IMG/VR virus record: IMGVR_UViG_3300034082_004432
Span: 1-64,000 of that record
From: an uncultured virus (IMG/VR IMGVR_UViG_3300034082_004432)
Lineage: Duplodnaviria > Heunggongvirae > Uroviricota > Caudoviricetes
Strand: one strand, 5' to 3'
DNA length: 64,000 nt
The notes beneath the pieces were generated by a model. That model was not told the origin of the DNA, made no database searches, and saw only the letters and a program-made list of their open reading frames with translations. Each line of letters begins with the position of its first letter. The stretch's first letter is position 1. Of the stretch, positions 56,923 to 64,000 are shown one piece after another. The position numbers and the translations under genes were made by a program.

Positions 56923-59823
56923 ATGAACCTTTCCCCAGATCCACGACAACTTAAAACAAATGTTACTTTAAGTATTTTGAATGCACCAGAAAGTGGATTT
57001 TTTTCTGGAGAATACTCAGCTTCTTCTGCGACAAAAGCTCAAGATAATCTAGCTGTATTAAACTACGACTTCAACCCTACGTACACTGATAGTGAAGGTA
57101 ATTCTGAACCAAAATATAGCACTAGACTTAAAGTTTTGTCATCGCTGCAAAATGCTAGAATTCCAGAAGTAAATACATCTATAAGTGCATCATCTTGCAC
57201 TTTTGCTTGGGGCTCAATTGCTCCTGACGAAGTTGATCCATTCTTAAACTTACTCAAAGGTCCTTCAAAAGAACTTTACGATCCTGTTTTTATTGGATCT
57301 CCCACTACTGGTACTGTTACAGCGCCTGTAGATCAAAGCACCCCTCAATTTCCAAAAATTCCATTTACAGGTGAAGGAAATACTCTGGTCACTTACAACA
57401 TATGGAATACTGTCAATCCAGACTTATCCCCAGTTACAAAAGAGGCTTATAAATATATTGGTCCAGCAATCAAGGGTAAAAATACAGGAACACTCAGAAC
57501 AATAAAAGATCCAACATATGGAGCTCAAGTAGAAGTAACTTCAATAAAAACAGTTACGCAAATAATGAGATATTTTCCAACTTCTTTTGATGCTGTATAT
57601 CAAACAAATGCGGAAATTGTAAATCCAGATGGCAACAAAGAACCGATATTGGCTAGAGGAACTTTAGGCAACAATGGATTTCACATAAATTTTTCAATAT
57701 CAAATTTTCAAGAATCAACATCTTCTATCACAGTACTTGTAGCTGGTGGGATACCAGATAAAAATAATGATTTTATATGTAGTATGGCCATTATTTTTGA
57801 ATTAAATAAAAAACCTGTCATAAAAATTTATGATCCAGATACAAATCAGTTTTTGATACAAACTGATGTAATTGCTCCAGTACTAGATTCAACTACAATG
57901 TCATCCTATGATTTGTTTGTGCATTTCGCAGGACCAAACATGCTTATAGGTTTTAGTCCTGACATCACAAAATGGAACACTATTATAAATTTTAGTGGAA
58001 GAGAAGTTTATTTTAATCCAGCCACTTCAATAGTTATGACGATGAGCAATTGCAATCTCAAATTTAGATATTCAGCAATTATTTTTAATAATTACAATAA
58101 TGATCAACCAGCGAATTCTAAAGAAAACTATATTGTTGCTGAGTTCAAGTATTCTGGGTCAAAAATTCCAGATGTAAAAGCGTTTGTCGATGTAGTAAAA
58201 AAACATTTTGAAAAATCAGCTTATATGATAAATGCATCTCCAAGGTCTACTGGATTTAATGAATCAAATCCAAAAGATAAAAACATTTCATATTTTAAGG
58301 ACTTTAGATTAGACGCAAATCAATTTTCTGATATAGTTCCTATAAAATTTCCAAATTACACAAGCGCAGACAAAGACAAAAAAACAGTTTATTTAAAACT
58401 CATATATAATACAACAATTGAAGGTCCAGCATTTTTACAAATTGAAGTACCTCATCCTGGAATATTAGCTGCTGAAGGAGTAGCAAATTTAAATTCAGGC
58501 AATAAAGGAGAAACAGATTACAAGTTTGTTAATCCTGTACTAAATCAACTTTTTTATGAAGTTGGAAATGTTACTGGATGGGTTGATTCTTGGTCTGTTA
58601 GTTGTCAAGCAGTCTTATCAAATTTATCTAGAATTACAAAATCTGCAACAATAACCTTAAAAAACATAGATTCCGAAGAAGGATACAAATTTATCAACGC
58701 TATTGAAAACAATTTGTTGGTAGTAACAATAGATGCTGGTTATGTTCAAGGAAGCTTAAGCACTTATTTTCAAGGTTTTATTACAAATTCTTCATATTCC
58801 AGAAAAGGAAATGACAGCACTTTTACTCTTACATGTCAGGATTTAGCATCATTTATACTTGATAATATTTACTTTGATAAAAACATCTTGCTAGCTGGAA
58901 TGAGACATGACTTAGCTATTGATTCTATTATGGCTAGTTCTGGCTTTTGGTCATATTATTTTAGAAATAACAATGATTCATTATCGGGTGGAGTAATAAG
59001 TGGAATTGATTTGAGATTAAATAGCAGCTCCACTAACAATCAAGATCTTATTAAGCTTAATCCATTAGATAAAATTTATGACAAACTTGGAAAACTTCTA
59101 GAAAGACTAAACAATCCATATTCTTTACCAACTTTTAGATGGGCAGAAAAGTATGGATTTATATTGGAATGTCGAAATAACTACATAGATAAAGATCTGA
59201 AATTTACAGGCTTAAATCCAGCTGGCACTCAATATCTTTTTCAAAGCAACGAATCAAATCCACAGAATTATTTGGCAAAGTTTCAAACTGATTTGCATGG
59301 ATTGTTAGTTGATGAATATACTATTACTACTGATATCAAAAACCTAGCTGCAGGAGTCAGAGTATTTGGTACAGCTATAACAGGATTCTTAGCTGATGAA
59401 AGATACTCACCTGCTTCCGTTTCTTTGCAAGATGTTCCCATTGAGGCTCAACTTAGCTTGCTAAAATATCTAGCTAAAGCTCCTTTTGATGCAACACAAG
59501 CACCATATGTAGGCTTCAAAAAATATTTAATTTGGGCTACTCAAAGAAATGAAATTCCAGATCAACAAGTCTTGAAAAGAATTACTGATAGTGTTGAGCT
59601 AGTTTCCAAGACTCCAATAAGCGCAATATCTTTTTCATGCTATGTTACAAAGCCACTTACATTTCATGGAAAATTTATGATAAATGTTTTCCAAGGACAA
59701 AATGCAAACTTTACTGATCAATATGTGTATCAAAGTATAGATTATTCTTACGATAAAAATAACAACTTAATAACAGCAAATGTAAGAGGAACTAATATGC
59801 CAATTTCTTTAGGGGGAGTATAA
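56923..59823 (+). CDS. Baseplate hub / tail-tip-like protein
   Basis: C-terminal half SWSVS...SATITLKN...VTIDAGY...YFQGFI...FTLTCQD...YVYQSIDYSY...ITANV resembles gp27/GpD-like hub proteins. Confidence 0.55.
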   Translation: MNLSPDPRQLKTNVTLSILNAPESGFFSGEYSASSATKAQDNLAVLNYDFNPTYTDSEGNSEPKYSTRLKVLSSLQNARIPEVNTSISASSCTFAWGSIAPDEVDPFLNLLKGPSKELYDPVFIGSPTTGTVTAPVDQSTPQFPKIPFTGEGNTLVTYNIWNTVNPDLSPVTKEAYKYIGPAIKGKNTGTLRTIKDPTYGAQVEVTSIKTVTQIMRYFPTSFDAVYQTNAEIVNPDGNKEPILARGTLGNNGFHINFSISNFQESTSSITVLVAGGIPDKNNDFICSMAIIFELNKKPVIKIYDPDTNQFLIQTDVIAPVLDSTTMSSYDLFVHFAGPNMLIGFSPDITKWNTIINFSGREVYFNPATSIVMTMSNCNLKFRYSAIIFNNYNNDQPANSKENYIVAEFKYSGSKIPDVKAFVDVVKKHFEKSAYMINASPRSTGFNESNPKDKNISYFKDFRLDANQFSDIVPIKFPNYTSADKDKKTVYLKLIYNTTIEGPAFLQIEVPHPGILAAEGVANLNSGNKGETDYKFVNPVLNQLFYEVGNVTGWVDSWSVSCQAVLSNLSRITKSATITLKNIDSEEGYKFINAIENNLLVVTIDAGYVQGSLSTYFQGFITNSSYSRKGNDSTFTLTCQDLASFILDNIYFDKNILLAGMRHDLAIDSIMASSGFWSYYFRNNNDSLSGGVISGIDLRLNSSSTNNQDLIKLNPLDKIYDKLGKLLERLNNPYSLPTFRWAEKYGFILECRNNYIDKDLKFTGLNPAGTQYLFQSNESNPQNYLAKFQTDLHGLLVDEYTITTDIKNLAAGVRVFGTAITGFLADERYSPASVSLQDVPIEAQLSLLKYLAKAPFDATQAPYVGFKKYLIWATQRNEIPDQQVLKRITDSVELVSKTPISAISFSCYVTKPLTFHGKFMINVFQGQNANFTDQYVYQSIDYSYDKNNNLITANVRGTNMPISLGGV

Positions 59824-59824
59824 A

Positions 59825-60052
59825 ATGCCATTATTTCAATCTCTATCTTTTGTGATAAATGATCAGATAAGACAGAACACTATTAATATGCAACAAGGTT
59901 TGACGTTGAGGTCTAATGTAACTCAGGCCTTACAAGTTATTAACGTCAATAAAAATAATATAATAGAAGAGCAAGATGTTTTACGCTGGGGATATGCAAA
60001 CTGGGGCGTTGAAAAAGTAACATCAGATTATAAGCCACAAGAAATTAAGTAA
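59825..60052 (+). CDS. Small hypothetical protein
   Basis: SD GGAG; TAATG coupling to the next gene. Confidence 0.65.
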   Translation: MPLFQSLSFVINDQIRQNTINMQQGLTLRSNVTQALQVINVNKNNIIEEQDVLRWGYANWGVEKVTSDYKPQEIK

Positions 60053-63000
60053 TGGGAAATACACCAATTTATGGGTTTGGATATATTGAACCAAACCAAG
60101 ATTTATCAGAAAACATTGATTTAGATGAGCTACGTTTTAAAGCTATTGAAAATCAAATGTACAACCTATATCAAATTTTCAAGAATGGAATTATTGAAGA
60201 CGATCCATCTATCCCATCTTGGCGTATACAAACTTACTCAAATGAATTTAGATTAACAAAAATAACTATTACTTCAGGTAAAGGTTTTGTCTCTTATAAA
60301 GCTGGCAAAACATCATCTTCAAAAGATGTAACTCTGCCAACTATTCCAACAAACGTAGGAATTTCTAAAGTCTATGTTTATGCTTATGAAAATGCCAACA
60401 CTGCTATAACAGGCGACGTTGATTTTGTTACTTCCCTAACTGAAATAAATGATAGTGTTAATTATATTTCGTTAGGATATTTAGAAATCAATGTTGCTTC
60501 CAATGCTATATCTTTGTTTGAAACTACAAGACAAGATATTACATTATTTTCATCTCTGTCATATTTAATAAAAAATCATAAACACATTGGTGGATCTGGC
60601 AACCCATCACCCATAGATTTAACTAGCGAAGTTAAAAATCAAATTACAAGCGAAAATATTTCTTCAGTAGACGCTTCAAAAATTACTTCAGGTGTACTCA
60701 ACTCTGCAAGATTACCCACTATCAACCACTCATCATTAGAAGGTAAAGGCAATCTTACTCATGATCAACTAGAAACAGCTTTGTTGGCAGTTGTGAATAA
60801 TGATGCAAATGATAAAATGTCTGATTTGTCAATTGCAAATAGATTGCAAATGTTAGTAGCTTTGAAAAAGACTGGTGGAGTTGGATTTACTTTTATTGAC
60901 TCTACTCAGATAAATACTATCACATATGTTCCAGGCATTTATCCAAACACATCAACAAATGCTGCAACTGGAAATTCAGCAAATTTCAAACAAACTTCAT
61001 CTGTGCCTAGTCAGTATACTTTGGCAACTATTTATGATACAGCGCCTTACAATTCAGGACTGGGTATAAGTGGAAGTGTAACATCAAGCAATTTTGTTGG
61101 TGATAAATCATTCGTTGTAAAAAATGATTTCTTGCAAGCCAAAACAGTAGCTTCTTCATTGGGATCATCCGTAAATTCATTTTATAGTAATGTGAATATT
61201 TCGGGATCTGCGACTACTGGTAGTTTCACTATAGACACACCATTAAACTACACAACTCTTTCTCAACCAGTATCAAGTATTTTTGATACTACTGGAAATT
61301 GGGATACTGGACTTGTATTTACAACAACATATGCTTCAAATAAAGTTAAAGTAGACACAAGTTTATTTGCATATACTTTATTTGATCAACCAAAATCATT
61401 TGACTATAATTCAAAAGTAGGTTTTGGCTTTTCAGCTGGATTGGGCGAAACTGGGGCAGCACTTGGAAAAATTTATATGTTCCTTGTTGTTGGCAATGGT
61501 AATACTGATCCAGGATTATTGTACGATCAACAAATAAATTTTGCACCAAATACTGGCACTGGTGCATCAACTATATATATCTCGCCAGTAACAAATACTA
61601 AGATTTTTGATGATACTACTTACGGATTTACTGGTTCAACTGCCACTTATTCATCTGTGAATTTATCAACATTTGGTGATAATAGTCTAAAGTCATCTGT
61701 TTTGGGATTTGGTTTTTATTTCTCCACTGATCAAGGTTGGAATGCTGAAAAGCAAATTAAATTTGAGCTTATTACTCCAACAGATTCTCAGATAAATCCA
61801 TCAGGAAATAATGATTCTTTAGTATTAGCAAGAAGAAATGCAAACGATCAATCATCATCTGTCTTTACTTGGAACGATTTATACACTTACAAAAATGCTA
61901 ATTTTTTATTGAGATTTGATTCAGGCGATATCAATACTCAATACAATCAAATTCAATATGATATAGATGTTCCTACAGGCACAAAATATACAATTCAAAG
62001 TAGATCTAACACAAGTTCAGATTTATTCTATAATTTTAAGACAGTATCCGAATCTGATGTTATTATAGCTACGCCTAACACCAATTCTAGTACTGGACGA
62101 TATCTTGATGTATTATTTTCTTTGTATTCAAATGAATTCCAAAGTCTTGCACCTACAGTTAATAATCTCAAGATAAATTATTCAACTGTTGGCAGTGCCA
62201 CTACTAGAGCATATGACAGAAACTTAACTGACACCTCAAATCAAAAATTTGGTTGGGTAAGTGATGTTTATTACAATAAAAATGCTGGGTATGGTGTTAC
62301 AAATCCAGACGATACAAATTACCTAAAAATTTACGATACATCTAAAGTAGGTAATTGGGTGTATCTTAGAAATAATAATCTTATTTCTGCAGCTAGTAAT
62401 GTTTTAGAAACAACAGTTGAAGACGGAATAGATGCTGGGACTTTAAGAAATTACTTAACTCCAAATCAAATATTCCTGAAATCAACAAATTATGGTTTGG
62501 ACAATCCATCCGATTATCAATCTTTGCCAAATGGTGGAAATATAATTTGTGATACCAAAAACGATAGAATTATTTTGACAGATATTGATGGTAATTTTAC
62601 AAAAGTAATTCAAGGCAACATAAGATTAAGATTATTGTCAAGAGATTTTGTAGCATTATCAGCTTCATTCAATCCAGATACAAGAAAAATATTTATTGCA
62701 TTTTCTCAGAATATATCTTTTGTAGATTTGACAAAAATTTACATTAATTACGACAATATATCTGTGAGAGGGGATGACACTAGACTTTCAGGTGAATATT
62801 TTGATCCAATTTTTGACAATTCTTCAACTTATGTTTTTACTATAGATGACACTGTTGAAGGACGTGCATTATCTGTCGCACTTAAAAATTCGCTTACCAA
62901 AAAGATAAGACTTGATAAAGGCTGCTTCACAAACTCTGGATTTTCTATAAATACAAATACAATTTTATCAGCTACGATTCCAACATCAACAGTATCATCT

Positions 63001-63717
63001 GTAAACAGAACCGAACAATTTGTTGCGGGTATAAGTACATCAATAACAGGGACATCTTCTATTGCAGCTGGACTAGCAGTTTCTACAACTACTGTAAATA
63101 CAGTAACGGACTATAATGGAGATGGAACTATATCTTCTTCTGTTATGTACGGACCAAATGCTCAATCTGATGACATAATTTTAGATTTGTGGCAAGGGCC
63201 CATTCATTTTGCAAATATTTACAATCCAGTGTCTGTTCAGTACGATGAAATAAATTCTTTGATAATATTAGCCCAACCTCATTCAAGATCAGTTCTATGC
63301 TATAAAAATGACACTGACTTAACATTACAATGGGCTATAAGTTCAGACATAGTTAATTACTATGATAATAAATTGGGGTCAGCTTACTTATTATCTAATG
63401 GAAATGTTTTATTGGGAAGCCCAGCAATAGACTCAAATGATACTGGAAAATTACAAGTATATAATGTTTCAAATGGATATATTGAAACAAAGCTTACTTT
63501 TAATAATGATGTAGTAAAAGCTTTGCCTGGACCAGCTTCAGATTTATCAAACTTTTATGCACTTACTGATGATGTAATAAATTATGGAGCAAATTCAAGA
63601 TTGCACCTTGTAAATAACTCAGGCACTATTTTGTCTACTTGGGGGGATAACAACGAATTATTTCATCCTAAAGGTATGAGAATTATTGCAAATGACAACA
63701 TCTTGGTATCGGAATAA
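60052..63717 (+). CDS. Large virion structural/fibre protein with C-terminal beta-propeller-like repeats
   Basis: HKHIGG...VDASKITSGVLNSARLP...THDQLE fibre-type motif. NHL-like repeats LPNGGNIICDTKNDRII, LSNGNVLLG, LFHPKGMRIIANDNILVSE. Confidence 0.62.
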   Translation: MGNTPIYGFGYIEPNQDLSENIDLDELRFKAIENQMYNLYQIFKNGIIEDDPSIPSWRIQTYSNEFRLTKITITSGKGFVSYKAGKTSSSKDVTLPTIPTNVGISKVYVYAYENANTAITGDVDFVTSLTEINDSVNYISLGYLEINVASNAISLFETTRQDITLFSSLSYLIKNHKHIGGSGNPSPIDLTSEVKNQITSENISSVDASKITSGVLNSARLPTINHSSLEGKGNLTHDQLETALLAVVNNDANDKMSDLSIANRLQMLVALKKTGGVGFTFIDSTQINTITYVPGIYPNTSTNAATGNSANFKQTSSVPSQYTLATIYDTAPYNSGLGISGSVTSSNFVGDKSFVVKNDFLQAKTVASSLGSSVNSFYSNVNISGSATTGSFTIDTPLNYTTLSQPVSSIFDTTGNWDTGLVFTTTYASNKVKVDTSLFAYTLFDQPKSFDYNSKVGFGFSAGLGETGAALGKIYMFLVVGNGNTDPGLLYDQQINFAPNTGTGASTIYISPVTNTKIFDDTTYGFTGSTATYSSVNLSTFGDNSLKSSVLGFGFYFSTDQGWNAEKQIKFELITPTDSQINPSGNNDSLVLARRNANDQSSSVFTWNDLYTYKNANFLLRFDSGDINTQYNQIQYDIDVPTGTKYTIQSRSNTSSDLFYNFKTVSESDVIIATPNTNSSTGRYLDVLFSLYSNEFQSLAPTVNNLKINYSTVGSATTRAYDRNLTDTSNQKFGWVSDVYYNKNAGYGVTNPDDTNYLKIYDTSKVGNWVYLRNNNLISAASNVLETTVEDGIDAGTLRNYLTPNQIFLKSTNYGLDNPSDYQSLPNGGNIICDTKNDRIILTDIDGNFTKVIQGNIRLRLLSRDFVALSASFNPDTRKIFIAFSQNISFVDLTKIYINYDNISVRGDDTRLSGEYFDPIFDNSSTYVFTIDDTVEGRALSVALKNSLTKKIRLDKGCFTNSGFSINTNTILSATIPTSTVSSVNRTEQFVAGISTSITGTSSIAAGLAVSTTTVNTVTDYNGDGTISSSVMYGPNAQSDDIILDLWQGPIHFANIYNPVSVQYDEINSLIILAQPHSRSVLCYKNDTDLTLQWAISSDIVNYYDNKLGSAYLLSNGNVLLGSPAIDSNDTGKLQVYNVSNGYIETKLTFNNDVVKALPGPASDLSNFYALTDDVINYGANSRLHLVNNSGTILSTWGDNNELFHPKGMRIIANDNILVSE

Positions 63718-63720
63718 AAT

Positions 63721-64000
63721 ATGAATATCCAAATAGATAATAACAAACCAATAATAAATATAATTGATGATGAAAATAATTTATCTTTTGAGTTTATTTC
63801 TGCAGACAAAAATTATTTAGTTAGTAAAAATGATTTAAGCGCCAGATTGTTGATGAAAAAACAAACTGTGGCTAACATTTTATTGTCAGAAAATATATTA
63901 GAAATTTCTTTTGAAAAAGTTATCTCTTATATTCAATTTATTTCTGTCAAGTTTAAGTTTGATTCAATTGTAGAAATTCACAATAATTATATTATTTTTT
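63721..64000 (+). CDS. Hypothetical protein, 5' part (runs off the window)
   Basis: ATG 63721 (MNIQIDNNKPIINIIDDENNLSFEF...), open to the window end. Confidence 0.6.
   Translation, partial: MNIQIDNNKPIINIIDDENNLSFEFISADKNYLVSKNDLSARLLMKKQTVANILLSENILEISFEKVISYIQFISVKFKFDSIVEIHNNYIIF

Noticed and set aside
384..63325. Short ORFs antisense to or nested in long genes (e.g. 384-566, 9092-9361, 12206-12484, 36180-36491, 38162-38482, 43051-43284, 52371-52583, 52963-53238)
   Set aside because: They lie within well-supported genes, have no recognisable motifs and look like shadow ORFs.
1..64000. Stop-codon reassignment, as in some jumbo phages
   Set aside because: Code 11 gives near-complete coding density, and TAG (e.g. 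12672, 25444, 34243) and TGA (e.g. 2657, 38552) end genes at sensible coupled junctions.
1..64000. CRISPR array, tRNA/rRNA, transposase/integrase, intein, DGR
   Set aside because: I saw no spaced direct repeats, cloverleaf or relevant protein motifs, and intergenic gaps are under 150 bp. The PKD repeats are coding and diverged.

Overview
This is an AT-rich (roughly 30% GC or lower, judged by eye), very gene-dense segment that reads as part of a large tailed (jumbo-type) bacteriophage genome. It uses the standard genetic code, with TAA, TAG and TGA all acting as stops. The window has four blocks. (1) The last 44 codons of a probable HK97-fold major capsid protein plus a strong terminator (1-183). 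(2) A ~21.5 kb, 23-gene island for making and transferring unusual nucleotide sugars (208-21780): two His-type PLP/PMP 3-dehydratases, a TPP E1 alpha/beta pair, an ALS/YerE-like TPP enzyme, an HpcH aldolase, an AroB-like cyclase, seven SDR/epimerases, two 2OG-Fe(II) dioxygenases, a cupin, PfpI, an HldA-like kinase, DUF962 and four probable glycosyltransferases. (3) A minus-strand neck/tail module with two tail-tube-like paralogs, chaperone-like genes, a Mu gp36-like adaptor, a PA14-domain protein, a degenerate PHP protein and Zn-ribbon proteins (21754-38896). (4) A plus-strand block of very large virion-type proteins, including an Asn-rich 1324-aa protein, a 3469-aa protein with 14 PKD domains and RCC1 repeats, and a hub-like protein (38974-64000). 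The main candidate for an undescribed system is phage-encoded synthesis of branched or carbocyclic deoxysugars placed inside the morphogenesis region, with Gly-Ser/Thr motifs in the structural proteins that could be glycan acceptors. A recurrent leaderless promoter (TA[ATC]AAT-N6-ATG, 7 sites) is directly visible. No tRNA, rRNA, CRISPR or mobile element was seen. All functional calls come from motif recognition by eye, not from database searches.
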